64,000 bases of DNA from Lytechinus pictus (taxonomy: Eukaryota). Position numbers and translations under genes: made by a program. Every line of letters starts with the position of its first letter. The first letter of the stretch is position 1. The stretch lies in assembly GCF_037042905.1 (NCBI RefSeq), contig NC_087262.1, positions 16,182,001 through 16,246,000 of the forward strand, read 5' to 3'. Below the pieces are notes generated by a model, which saw only the letters and a program-made list of their open reading frames with translations, did not search any database and was not told the origin of the DNA. Shown piece by piece: positions 1 to 21,800 of the stretch.

Positions 1-386
1 TATATTCATATTATGTAAATCTTTAACTATTTTTTTTTGCTGAGTTATATTGTTCTAATGTAAGTGTACATTTACATGTTGTTACTGTTAAGGTTGAAAA
101 ATGTATCAGGGATATTATGCCAAAACTTTTGCTGAATACTTGCAATACCAAAGCCAAAATATGTGCCTTTGATATATTTTTATGTGCTACATACGTTAAG
201 AAAGGAAAAGTACTTATTTTTGTTTACGCCTTATGCCTTGACTTATATATCCGAAGTTGTACAAATGTAAATAGTTCTTCTACCATACTTTGTTTAAGGA
301 AAAGAAATTATCCGTTCTCAATTTTGTTTCTATTTTTTTAATATATATTTTTGAAACTAGGAAGTTTCAAGCTAGGTGAGGGGTTA

Positions 387-1099
387 TGTAACAAAATTGC
401 CCTAGAGTCACCCCTCCTATTGGAGAAACCCCCCTTTTAGGACAATAGAACATTCCAAGTGTATGTCTATGTAGGGTCTATGCACAGCTGTGTGCATTGG
501 AGTATGGACTGTAGGGGTCAATGTAAAAGTGTACACATGTAGACTTCTATACAAATTGCATATTGAGGGGTCCGTGTGTATTGGACCCTGTCTGGTATAA
601 AAGCAAGTGCAAGTCTTTGTTTTAGGAGAGTTTTTCAATAAAGTTCATGCAGTCCAGAACAAAGCCACTGCACTGCAGACATTGATTTAGTCGTTGATTG
701 CCATGAGGCAAGTGGCCATTTTATTCTGTTGGAGAGCTAGAATCTTAATGAAGTTTTGTGCCTGCACGTCTGTCTAACGTTATTATACGTTCATCTTCAA
801 TAAATTCACAACTCTGGAACGGTATGTAAAGTGCTATTTTCGGCTCATTTTATGATGTCACGATATTGGTAGAATGTAAGAATCTGAGAAGTGAGATGAT
901 TCTGAAGTGATTACGCGTGTGTGTGTGATTTTGCATATAGCTGAGTGATAGAGATGAAATGCCCTGCCAAGCCATAAACCTTGGCGAGAACCTTGATGGT
1001 GCGTTGGTGTTAAGAGGTGTGATGCTAATTCACAATAATTGAAAGCCATTGATTCAGACACACCAATCACACATGCCATCCCCCACGTAAAACGTTACA
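387..1099 (+). mobile_element. Possible solo LTR
   Basis: TGTAAC...GTTACA termini, TATAAAAG at ~596, AATAAA at ~637 and ~799; no TSD found. Confidence 0.25.
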
Positions 1100-2401
1100 C
1101 TTGTATAGTTGTAACTAGGTTATTTTAATAGTATACTAATCTCGCACCATGAACTGCATTTGGCAGTGGATTTCTAACTAGTAGTGGGTCGCTCGTGTTT
1201 ACACACGACTTATGGCGTGATTTTTTTGTGCGCGGCGGCATGTATTAAACTGGCCTGGCCTGGCCCCTCCCCTTAATAAGTTTGGTACTTTCCAACACGA
1301 CAATCAATAGTTGGGACTAAGATCAAACTCAAAGTAATAATAAAACTTTGGCCTCTGTCACGTCGGCAACTTACTTTGCTTTGGCAAGGCGAAATGGACT
1401 TTCAGAATACACATCAGGGCTGCCCTCTGTCTGAGCTGGATAAATTTCGATGCCTTCTATTTTGATCGTTCCCATTATGATTTTTTAATTAAAATTTGTG
1501 CGATCATTCGACCTCCGACCGACTTCGGCACAAACCAAAACAACGACTAATCTCCTCTTTCACGAAGGTTTCGTGAAGAGAGATGACGTCATTGTTTTTT
1601 TCTTTACGTTTTTCTTTTCATAAAAAAAATGACAAAGTAAATTAATAAAAATCTATATAAACAAAACAAGTATTCAGAGGATAAGAATATTAGAGAACCT
1701 ACATAAAGAGTGACAGAGAAAGGAGGGATTCGAAAGTGAAAGCCGGGGTACACGAGGTGGAGGTACGCCCCCGCCCCCCCCCCCCTCGGATCCGGGGGCG
1801 CGGCCGGGCCCTCGATCCCTGATGACGGAAGGTGAAAAAAGGCATCAATTTACATCCATCAAAGGCGGGGGGGGGGGGCAATACTGAAACCAGTGGCCTA
1901 TCTTTCGTTTATATAGGGGGCAACAATAAGGGCAATTAAGTTCCCTTGATATAGGCAATTACGTCTGAGAAAAAAGAAATTAAGGAGGAATTGCATCCCC
2001 TCCTGATTCCCATTTGATGTTGCAATGCATTAAACTATCTGAAGAAGCATATAAGTGGATAAAGTGTAAATTTGTAACACTGTCACTTTGATTCCTCGAT
2101 CTCTGAATCACATTTTTTTTACTAGCTCCTATATACTTTTTTATGGCATGATATGATCGGATCATGAGTTCAAGGGCGTCCCGGGGGGGGGGGGCACTTC
2201 CATTGACGAGTGGATACCATATGCGCGTGACCCCCATACTAAATGATCTGTTTTTCAAGATAGAGTGCATACATGCGTAACGTAATAGGGGTGTCAAAAT
2301 AATGGAACTACATTCGTGTTTATACGGTCCAATTTGCGAGGGTATAAAAAACTGAAATACTTTATAAAGATGTACTTTTTGCCCCAACGATTTGACCGAG
2401 G

Positions 2402-2958
2402 CCCGGGGGGGGGGGCACTTCCATTCACGAATGGATACCATGCGCGACCATGGGGTCTCGAAAAGCACCCTAAACACGTAATTTCCATATTCTGAAAATG
2501 CACCCCTTAACAAGTATTGGCGTGTGAAACCATACCCTTAACAAGTATTGGAAACAAAACGACACTCTTGGCAAATATTCCCTGAAATGAACCCCTAAAC
2601 AAGTACAGGAATGTTTTATTGTTACGGGTCCTTCGGTCGTCGGCTTTACCTTATTTGGTTTAGTACGACCCCACCTTCTACACCTCGCGCAAATCGGACT
2701 CTAAACACGAAGTGTTGGGGCAAAATGGACATCCTTTATAAAACATTTTAATTTTGTTTTATCATTCCCGCAAATTCGACCCTAAACACGTAATTTTCCT
2801 GGCGAAATAGACACCCTTTTTTCATTATTTTTGTGTTTTTGACACCCTTATCACGTTACGTACGTAACGTGCCCTATCGTGAAAAGGACATCCTTTTTAC
2901 GTGTTTTTTTGGTCACGCATGGTATCCACTCGTCAATGTAAGTGGCCCCCCCCCCGGG
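2402..2958. mobile_element. CCCGGG-terminal MITE, 8-bp TSD GACCGAGG
   Basis: Perfect TSD at 2394-2401 and 2959-2966; ~45-bp TIRs; near-identical to 5636-6176. Confidence 0.9.
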
Positions 2959-3103
2959 GACCGAGGTGTGTGGGGTGGTATAAGAAAAGCCGATATATGT
3001 CCGTGATCACGTCCGTGAGACCGTGACACAATTGTTTAGGGGGTCAATTCATATATAGTGCATGCATGCTGTGGTAACATGCAGTGTTTCCAATACTTGT
3101 TAA

Positions 3104-3855
3104 CCCTAAAAGGACTGGGGGGGGGCATGATGCCCCCGGCCCCCTCGACGCTTCGCCCGGCGCTTCGCGCGATATTTCCGAAACGCAAAAAGAATATATA
3201 GCCCTGCAAAATTTTAAGACTTTTTTCTTTGAAGTCTCGAGCAACTTTTGAGACCAAATTCGCGGCATACAGGTATATAATATACCATCGCGACGTCATG
3301 TGACTTTTTACGAGGCAATGCCGAAAATGGCTCATTTTTATACCTTATCAAGTTTATGTACAAATTAGTCTATGCGGGAGATGAAATTCATAAAAGGGTT
3401 ATTATTTTTCGTTCTAATTGGACTGCTTAATTAATTAGGGTTTAATTTAGTTGTTACATGGTCTGTAATAGTTTTTTTCCATTGAAAAAAAACAATGAAA
3501 AACAAAGAACTTACATAAGAAATTCTAAAAACAAAGAAATTCATAACTGAAGGAAAAAATTCTTTGTGGAAACCTTTAAATTTAAAATATTAAAAAGATG
3601 ACAACTGCAAAAAGAGAGTATGTTAAAAATATGCAAATATGTTTTTCGATCGTGACATTTGCATAGTTCATTCATAATAATTAAAAAAAAAATTATTTTC
3701 AGAATTTTTTTTATATTAGCTTGTATAGTTTATGTGGTAAAGAATGAGCGTGCCAAATTTCGGCGCGATCGCGCGAACGGCGGCCGAGATGAGGGGGCAT
3801 CATGCCCCCCTCCCCCAGTCCTCAATACATCTCAAATAGCCCAGTCCTTTTAGGG
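3104..3855. mobile_element. piggyBac-like MITE (TTAA + CCCT termini)
   Basis: TIR CCCTAAAAGGACTGGG / CCCAGTCCTTTTAGGG; left flank TTAA, right flank TTAG. Confidence 0.8.
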
Positions 3856-4080
3856 TTAGGGTTTCACACGCCAATATATTTTGTTAAAGGAATGGTCCAG
3901 GCTGAAATTATTCATATCTAAATAAATAAAGTAAAATTCACAGAGCAAAATGCTGAAATTTTTTTTGGATAACAAATAACAAAGTTATTGAATTTTAAAG
4001 TATATCAATATTTTGTGAAAACAGTTATATGCACATGCATCGTCATAAATATTAATTAGGTGATGGGCTGATTATGTCAT

Positions 4081-4360
4081 GGGTGCGGCGTGGTCTAGTG
4101 GTTCTAGCTGACTCTCGCCTTTGAAACAGAGGGTCGTGTGTTCGAATCGTATAGCCATGGCGTATTTTCCTTCAGCAAGAAATTTATACACACTGTGCTG
4201 CACTCGACCCAGGTGAGGTGAATGGGTACCCGGCAGGAGTAATTCCTTGCATGCACTGAGCGCCGGTGATGGTAGCTCGAGCTAAAGCCGGGGTAATAAT
4301 AGCAGCGCTTTGTATCCTCTGGCAAAAAGCGCTCTGTAAATCCAGCTATTATTATTATTA
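4081..4360 (+). mobile_element. tRNA-derived SINE
   Basis: A box TGGTCTAGTGG, B box GTTCGAATC, core CACTCGACCCAGGTG...AATGGGTACC, (ATT)n tail; related to 25878-26158 and 46871-47110. Confidence 0.85.
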
Positions 4361-4577
4361 TATCCCCACTTTCCCTTTTCCTGTTACATGAAATCATAAT
4401 TATTTCATTTTTTCATACATGTGTAAATGATGTGCCTATCCATTTTGAGATGAAATATTAAGTTGCGGCAATAAATAACTAATGCACTAATCATTCGTCA
4501 ATCCAATTGTTATAGTTAACTGGTAGTAAAATTTTCAAAAAAACACCCCTAATTCCATATAATAAAATACAAAAGAA

Positions 4578-4845
4578 CGGGTCGTGTGGTCCAGTGGTTA
4601 GAGCATTGTACTCATAATCGCAAGGTTGTGGGTTCGAATCCCAACTCTGCCATTGTCTCCACTTTGATAAAAAGGCCCAAGAGTGATGCTGTCGTCTATT
4701 ACGTCAGCCTCTATGACTGATTAACCTAGATGTAACATGTTTCCAAGGTAATTGGTTATATACCAGCTTGGCGTTTACCAGCAAAAAATGCTGTCCTGTC
4801 GAGTTCCTACGGGAGTTACCACAAACAGAAAACAAAACAGAAACA
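4578..4845 (+). mobile_element. tRNA-derived SINE (second family)
   Basis: TGGTCCAGTGGTTAGAGC A box, GGTTCGAATCC B box, A/C-rich (AAAC)n-like tail. Confidence 0.75.
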
Positions 4846-5635
4846 AGTGGGGATATGACAATATCAGCCCACCTAATGAATATTCATGAAGACATGCCTA
4901 TAATATATATAAAACTGTTTCACCGGAATAATGCAAATCTTTAAAATTCAATAACTTCTTATTTGTTATCCGATTTTTTTTACTCTATATTTATTGAGAT
5001 ATAAATATGTCCAGCCTGGACCATCCCTTTAAGGGATCCATTTTCAGAACATGGAAAATACTTGTTTAGGGTGCTTTTCGAAACCCCATATGGTCGCACG
5101 CATGGTATCCACTCGTCAATGGAAATGCCCCCCCCCCCCGAAAGGCGTATAGGCTGGGGGCGGGGGGGGGGGGGTGCATGCACGCGTGCACTCTAGCTCC
5201 CGCTGATCGAGGCAGAGGAGTTTCGACACTCACGGCAAGCAAAACGAAATTTGTACCCCTTCTTCTTTCAGCAGCTGCCTTTTCCAAACGTTAATTCCAC
5301 CTCCCCAGCTAGATGTAGTCTGTATATATAGGCACAGACCCTGATTGAAACTTTGGTCAACGAGTATGTCTCCACGCAAAGACTAGCAGATACAAAACTT
5401 GCTGTTTCAATTCAGGCCTTCAATACACAAGGCATGAGTAGGCTGCAATTCAGACCCAGGATGTGCACGGCCTCCATGATGCTCAAATTAACCAGCCTAG
5501 AATAATTGGAGTTGCAGCATATCCACGTGCACCCTACCAACAAAAAGTTGTTTTGAGTAAGAAATAAAACATTCATAACGCTGAGAATTTCATTTGAAAC
5601 TTAAATGACCAACAAAAAAATCTTTTTGATTTAGT

Positions 5636-6176
5636 CCCGGGGGGGCCACTTCCATTCACGAGTGGATACCATGCGCGACCATGGGGTCTCGAAAAGCACC
5701 CTAAACACGTAATTTCCATATTCTGAAAATGCACCCCTTAACAAGTATTGGCGTGTGAAACCCTACCCTTAACAAGTATTGGAAAGAAAACGATACTCTT
5801 GGCAAATATTCCCTGAAATGAACCCCTAAACAAGTACATGAATGTTTTATTGTTACGGGTCCTTCGGTCGTCGGCTTTACCTTATTTGGTTTAGTAACAT
5901 ACACCTCGCGCAAATCGGACTCTAAACACGAAGTGTTGGGGCAAAATGGACACCCTTTATAAAACATTTTAATTTTGTTTTAACATTCCCGCAAATTCGA
6001 CCCTAAACACGTAATTTTCCTAGCGAAATAGACACCCTTTTTTCATTATTTTTGTGTTTTTGACACCCTTATCACGTTACGTACGTAACGTGCCATATCG
6101 TGAAAAGGACATCCTTTTTACGTGTTTTTTTGGTCGCGCATGGTATCCACTCGTCAATGTAAGTGGCCCCCCCGGG
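5636..6176. mobile_element. CCCGGG-terminal MITE, 8-bp TSD GATTTAGT
   Basis: Perfect TSD at 5628-5635 and 6177-6184; second copy of 2402-2958. Confidence 0.9.
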
Positions 6177-6787
6177 GATTTAGTTGAAATCTGAAATTTA
6201 AATCCAATTAAATCATTTTCAGTTTGATAACTCAACTCACTTTCTGATTCAATAATTTTTTTTCCATCCAGCTCCAGCAAATTCGGCAGATTTCAATCCA
6301 ACCAGTGGCGTACAGATGGGGGTCCTTGGGCCGGGGCTCTTGCCCATGCACCCCCAAAAAAATCACGACCAAAGGTGAAAAGAGAAAAGGAAAGAGAGAA
6401 TTAGGATGAAATGTGAATTCATTATCTCAATATTATGTCAAAATCTATCACAAACTTGGATTTTAATTTGTAATGAAAATTTCAAAAATTGTGCTCGCTC
6501 GCTTTTGTGATTTTCTAACCTAAAATGGTTAGGCTTTACTTCAAAAAATTTTATTTTTAAAAGGGGCACATTTCATTTTGAGAAAAGGATATTTTGCATT
6601 TTGAAAAAAGGCATTTAGAACCGCGGGTATACTATATAATTTTGAGTAGATTCGAGTGTGAAGCACAATTAAGCTGGCTGATGGGGGGGGGGGGGTTAGA
6701 TGCATAAACTGGACATCAGCATGTTATGTTACAATGAATTCGTACTTAATTGCGTGCGCAAACTGCAAGCTAAAATTTTGGTTACAC

Positions 6788-7003
6788 CAAGGGGCGGATC
6801 CAGGATTTTCCAAAGGGGGGGGGGGGGCACATTTGAGGAAAGTTTGACAAGCAAAAAAAAAGAAAAAAAGGTCCTCACTTGCAAAAGAGGGGGGGGGGGT
6901 CACACTTGCCTTTTTAATGGCATAGATCTATTCATTTTACGTGCCTTTCAAAGGGGGGCACGGGCCGGCTGTGCACGCCCCCCCCCCCTTGGATCCGCCA
7001 GTG
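6788..7003. mobile_element. hAT-like G/C-run MITE
   Basis: TIR AGGGGCGGATCCA / TGGATCCGCCAGTG; TSD degenerate. Confidence 0.6.
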
Positions 7004-7564
7004 GTTCCATTTGAAATTGGACATGGTGATATATTCGTTTTAAAAATAAAGAACAAGCTGTGTATCTCAAACATTAATAAATCCTTGCGCGAATTCAGCG
7101 AGAACTTTTTTTTTTTTTGGGGGGGGGGGTTAGACCTAAACAAAATTGTCCAGTTTTAGTCGTACATGTACGCCCTCTACTGTACGATCGGTGTCAATTA
7201 AGAAGTAGTTGCGCTAGTGTTCCGTGAGCGCTGAACGCCGCTCGAGCTCGTGGCCCCAATTTTTCATGCAAATTAAACGTGGTAGTATGCGCACCCACAC
7301 AACGTGCACGCAAAGATAGTAAAGCGCATAATTTTTTATTTTATGTATTTGCTACATACGTACGTGTGTGTTTTGCGCAATAAAATAATACAGCGATTAG
7401 TGCATTGACGAATTTGTCGATTGAGGAAGGAGAAGCTTGTCTACGATCCAGAAAATTCGACTTGACTAAACTCATTTATTGCTGAAAGTAACTACCCAAA
7501 GGCTGTATTTATTGTGCCCAAAATAGATTGTCTTGTACATACTCTGTATATATTTTGATACGGT

Positions 7565-16045
<8,481 letters not shown>

Positions 16046-19000
16046 CAACACTATTCTACAACTTTTTTTTGTAACATAAAGGTGAGATTGAAACCATTGA
16101 TTGTATGTTACAGTCGCAGCAACAAAATAGACTCTATCGTGATCAAAGCTATTAAAGTTATTTTTTGCGTCGGTTTGGAATTAGTTTTGTTGGTGTGACT
16201 ATAGCATAAAGGAATGCTTCCAGACTTACAAAGAATGTTCTCAATTAACATCCTTATAAACTTTGTAACGCCTCTGATGTAAAATTTTTTCCAACGAGGA
16301 CGTCATCAGTGGTTGTCTGGCCCGCCATTTCCTGATATGAGAATGCAAAACATTTTTGAGAGGTTGGACTTACATATCGCCAGTGTTTGTCCCAAACCGT
16401 CTAAGATTACTAGAAATATGCTGCCTGAATTCAGAGATTTGTGTTTTTATTTTTACTCAATTTTACGAATTTGAGGAGGTATGGTAAGAGAGCTTCATGT
16501 GATTAGTCCTGAAAATTACTCCCGGAATGGTGGTATAAAGAAGAAATGCATGTCTGTGACTACATACATAAGATTATCAGACTATCAAGAAAATGATGAA
16601 TATACACCTCTGTCTTGACTCTATTGAGGACCCACATGTAAACTTTCATGTTGGTGCAACATTAACTGAAAACGATCGGATCGTTTTGATTATTATTGAT
16701 TGTTTTACACTCTGTCAACACCATGAAAGTGTACATGTGGGACTACAATATTTACTGAGTGCAACATCATAAAATGATCGTCAAGAAAGAGGTGAATATT
16801 CTTCATTTCTTTGGTGGTTTCCTATTAAATCAAAACAATTTCAAGGAATTATGGAATTTAGATGGCCAGTTCATGAATATAGAGATGTAAAATGTGAAAT
16901 TTCAGCAATGTTTTAGAAATTTTTGACCAAAATTGACTGATACGACAGTTTGGATGAACGCCAACAATTTATGCTTTTAACGGCTGTTTGAACGGCGTTA
17001 AAACGTTTTTGACTCGGCCCTAGCATCACCATTGTCTTCATTGTTGTTTATTGTCACGTTATTGTCATGGTAATACAATATTTTCATATTTGATTTCCAT
17101 CCTATCGCAGGAGAGGAGAGCCAGAAGCAATATAATGATGAGAGATTTGACCTGTTCTAACTTCACAGCAGCCTCATAAACCATGACATCAGTGAACCCA
17201 AGGCCATCTGGATTATTATTTGAGAAAAATTATCGTCATATATTTAATATTACTACCATCACTCTGAATCGCTTCTCTGCTACATTCTTTTTTTCCCATA
17301 TACAATGATTCATGACTGTGTCTCTTTGTTTAATAAACTTAAAATAGTGGACAAGAAGATAGATGATTAAAGTATGTATCCGAGGAAGATTTGTCGGTAA
17401 AGTATTACATCATGATACACTGACGTAAACATTTCCATGCTAAATTGCTAATGTCTATCTATAGCTTTTTTTTTTTTTCAATTTTTCAATTGTGAATTAT
17501 GCTATAAACTTCCTAAGCACACTTATGTACATATATATCTGTATATATTCAAAGTTTTTATGATCAATTTTAGCCCGAATATATAATCACCCTTTGGACA
17601 ATCCAGTGTATCATACATTTTTCAACAGATCACCTGCATTTGGGGGCCTTTTGGGGGTTAGTACAGTAATTCAGCTTGGAAAACTTGACGCCCTTGCTTT
17701 ATGGGCATCCAATTATTTTAGGCAGTGAAGAATACATTAAAGACTGCTAGACATTACAACAGGCCCTTTAAAATGGTTTATACCGTCTGTCTGTAATAGA
17801 TGTTGGTTTTTATTTTCAAAATCTACATGTACTTGTTTCATGGAACAGTCAACCAGGATGATGGTATGGGAATAGATTGTTCGATGAAATTCCTTCAGAA
17901 TTCTGCCTATTACAATGATCTAAGTATGGTAATCATGGTCATGTTTCACTAGACCTGCTTACAGTATTCAAATCCTAGAAACCTGTCATACCTTTGCTCT
18001 GAGCCAATCAGATCACAGCATTTTAGCAGCTTATAACAGTTGTTTGTTTCTGGCCAATGATGATAAGTGTTGTGAAACCTGGCCCTGGCAATCATTAGTG
18101 ATGTGAAGTTTCAGATTATCTTGGATTCTGAGCTGAAAGCAATGTATAAACATGTTTTCAATATTCATACCCTCTCCTCTCCTTTTCACTATCTACCTAT
18201 TAATCTCATCAATAATGGTGTAGTGTGAATGTTTCAGATATATGGGGCCATTCGCATAAAAACGAAAATTTGTGATAACATTACTATTAGTGGTAATTTC
18301 CTCAGAAACCATGTTTTTGTATAGCTGTTGCGTAATGTTACCATGGTAGTTACCATTGAAAGGACAGTTTATTTTAATGGTTGGTTTTGTGACATGGGGC
18401 CACAGAGATAATTAAGATGACTATTTCTTTCATCAGGGGCGGGGTTTATTTGCCAGTACAGTGAGAATTCATTCTTTGTCCAAACATTATTAACCCCAAT
18501 GGACTGGCTTTATTCATGTAATGTCGAGCATAAATTTGGGACATTGTATTGGCAGAATGAAAGAACAAGTTTAATGACAGCCCTGTCTAAATTATTTAAA
18601 ATCAATCAAATCAGGATGCTGTAGGTTTGCAAATGAGAAAATGAATTGATCATTTGGAAAGTTAAAATGATCGAAATCTCTATGGGGGGACATGGTTACA
18701 TTGCTAATGTTGATATACTACCGCTTTGTCTTCGGTTTTGACAATGGGTCAGTCATGTTAATTATACTCCAGTATCATAAACACTCCAATACTTCAAAAG
18801 TGTAGTGGTAATTCATTGAGTTTTTTTCTTTTCTTCTTTTCAGCCATTCCAGAATTTAAATTTGGCATCTAGATGGGCTTTAACCCAGATGTATGATAGC
18901 TTTCATTAAATCTAGTTGTATTATTTTCTTTTCAGAATTTATTTGCACCCACTGAATCTCCTTTCACTGGGGCATGGTACACAAACTTTGCACTCGATAA

Positions 19001-20154
19001 CGTGTGAAAGAAACGTCCAATACCAGTCCTGATTATTGTGTGCTTGTGATTGAACAAAGACAAAGTTGCATGGTTTGGGGAGTTTAGATGCAAAGTCTTC
19101 TGTAGCTTCCCTAGGGTTGATTATAGTCCAATTGATCAATGAGAGTGCGGTTTATGCCATTAATTAGTGAAAATGGATTGTAGCTTGTTGAATGTAGCGA
19201 TCTTGTATCAAAACGCCCCCTCTCTATAATATATCCGTGTTATTTTCTACTTTCATTACCATAATTTTCAAACTGTTGTATTTTCTATCAATTTCGATGG
19301 TGATGTTTTTTTTCTCTCTCTTGTGATCATATGTTTATGTATCTTGTAAGAATCAAAGCTATTCCATGTTGATGTGTTATGTGGAAATACCATGTGCGGA
19401 TTAAGTTGGAGTTGGCCTCAAACAAACTGGATTTGTCTATAATACATGTATATAGTGCAGTTTTGGTTCTCACTTATAGTTTCATAAGTATCTGATTTGT
19501 TTTGTTTAAGTAAAAAAAAAATAAAGAGCTAAATATTTGAATAGTGTTAGAGAACTAATGGAAAACAGTTTACTCAACAGTCATGTTCATTTTGGAAGTT
19601 TAGGGATTTTGTTGTAAATTGAGAAAGTTTTTGAAATTAACATTGTAAGGAATTGCTGGTAATTCTCAAAATCGTGTGTCTCTGTTATAGTGTCTTATGT
19701 AAGTCTTACTAAGAGGCAAATAATTTTTCTATACACCGTGATCTCCATGATCATTTTCGACTGCATTTATTGAGAAGGGTGAAACAAGAAGTAGTGTTCA
19801 CTATCAATTTCCAAACATTTAAATGACAAACAGGTTTCCCAGCTATACAATTGAAAAAGAAAAATGTGACAAATTGATGTCTTTAACCTTTCCAAAGGGC
19901 AGAAAGTTGAGGACTTGGATTTGGGGGATGGAATCCTTAAAAATGAAAATGTATTGGTCTTTGATTGCTTGCCCAATTTGCATAATCAGTTGCATGAATG
20001 GTAATTAAGTACTGATAAACGGGATTTTCTTCGAAAGTCTTTTTTCAGGGGGGGGGGTGGAATGTTGCAAGTTTAGCTGGGAACCCTGTCTTTGTCAGAA
20101 AACAGTGATTTTCTGTGAGTTTTATGTATCTGATGTGTGGGTATATATATATAG

Positions 20155-20344
20155 AATAAAAATTTCTCCTCATAAATGAATTACAAATTGGTGGATAACC
20201 TAAGATGATGAAGATACATGCAGACTTCTTTGTCGTGTTACTTGGTTTTCCAAATCTTTTTTATAAAATGTTGTAGAGGTTACTATCGCCCCACTATCAC
20301 ATTTGAGAATCATAGCCATTCTGTTATGCATAAAGGAGAATAAA
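20155..20344 (+). terminator. Candidate distal poly(A) signals of UBE2D (implies a 3'UTR of about 4.3 kb)
   Basis: AATAAA at 20155-20160 and 20339-20344, at the end of a long U-rich, repeat-poor tract and followed by GT/T-rich sequence. Confidence 0.35.
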
Positions 20345-20499
20345 TGTCAGAATACATGTATATTGTCTCAACGAGTGTCATTCTTTTATATTTTATTCAC
20401 ATTTTTCAAAATATATTGTCGGGGGAGGGGGATACTAAGTATAAATATATGATACTTAGTCGTATGTGCCGTGGTCGAGACCCCTATTTTCAGCCTTAA

Positions 20500-21061
20500 A
20501 GGACAAGTCCACCCCAACAAAATGTTGATTTGAATAAATAGAGAAAAATCAAACTAGCATAACACTGAAAATTTCATCAAAATCGGATGTAAAATAAGAA
20601 AAATATGGCATTTTAAAGTTTCGCTTATTTTTAACAAAACAGTGATATGCACAACTCAGTGACATGCAAATGAGTCGGTCGATGATGTCCATCACTCACT
20701 ATTTTGTTTTTTATTGTTTGAATTATACAATATTTCATTTTTTACAGATATGACCATAGGGACCGACTTGACTGAATCATATAGTATTAAGCAATGCATC
20801 ACATGTTCAGGGAGGAATCAATCACTGTTTCACTTCACAATGTGGAGAAAATTAGAATATTTCATATGAAATACAAAAGAAATAGTGAGTGGATGACGTC
20901 ATCAGTCTCCTCATTTGCATATAACTTTTGTGAAATTAAGCGAAACTTTAAAATGTCATTGCTTTCTTATTTTACATCCGATTTTGATGAAATTTTCAGT
21001 GTTATGCTTGGATTTTTCTCTTTTTAATCAAATCAATTTTTTGTTGGGGTAGACTTGTCCT
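20500..21061. mobile_element. Kolobok-like MITE (AGGACAAGTCCACC family)
   Basis: TTAA|AGGACAAGTCCACCCC ... GGGGTAGACTTGTCCT. Confidence 0.85.
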
Positions 21062-21537
21062 TTGTCTGTTTCAGAGCATCACCAATATAGAAAGTCATAG
21101 AAATTCCTATTTTTTTCCCCCATTCTGGAGACCCTCTACTTTGTGGTTTCTCGTTCCAGTGCCTGCTCATACTCAGCGCAGCACAGTGGCAAATTGCAAT
21201 TGACTGCACTCAATGAACAGCAAAAGATCTGCACAGCGATTCGGAGATCGCTGATTGGTTCATCGCGCAGAAATAACGCTCCATAATATGGAATTTGCGC
21301 TGTTCCAGAGCATTGCATTTTTGGCAATTGTTGATCCTAGAGCAGTTCCGGAGACCCCAATTTTAGACCAAGGTTTAGTTCCAGAGCCCCTTACTATCGT
21401 TTTTGGTGCGGCATAAAGGCATCATGTTATAATTTGAGTACCCCCCCTCCGGGATATTGTCACTGTTTTCATGAACCATCCCAAGAGGTCAGCAAACAGA
21501 AAGACGGCTCTATAGTGCTTTAAAGATCTATATAATC

Positions 21538-21800
21538 ACCCGGTTCACCGGATCCCGACATGCCTGCGTACAATGTATGCACTTTCTCCACTCCCTGGGA
21601 GCATTCCATCAAGAGTTACAAGACTTGATTGCTAGGTATACTACATAGGCTTTCTTATCCTACCTGGTACCCATTTAACACTTGTGTGGAGAGTGGCAAA
21701 TTATGGACCGACGCCTTTCCAAAGGACGCCAGGCCATGGTGGGATTCGAACACAGGACCATCTGATTGCAAGGCGAGTCAGAACTGCTACACCACGATGC
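21538..21800 (-). mobile_element. tRNA-derived SINE (degenerate)
   Basis: Reverse-strand B box (GGATTCGAAC) and GGTACCCATTT core. Confidence 0.65.

Larger units (their letters stand above)
3888..5028. mobile_element. TTAA-AGG (Kolobok-like) MITE containing two SINEs
   Basis: TTAA|AGGAATGGTCCAGGCTG ... CAGCCTGGACCATCCCT|TTAA. Confidence 0.8.
2180..5140. mobile_element. Old CCCGGG(G)n-terminal MITE hosting nested insertions
   Basis: TIR CCCGG(G)nCACTTCCATTGACGAGTGGATACCAT / ATGGTATCCACTCGTCAATGGAAATG(C)nG; 8-bp TSD AAGGGCGT/AAAGGCGT. Confidence 0.75.

Noticed and set aside
1980-2513. Longest stand-alone ORF (177 aa)
   Set aside because: It runs across nested MITE termini and poly-G/C runs; spurious.
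4578-4652. tRNA-like sequence with a CAT anticodon-like loop
   Set aside because: The stems are imperfect and the sequence continues into a SINE body and simple-repeat tail, so it is a SINE head rather than a tRNA gene.
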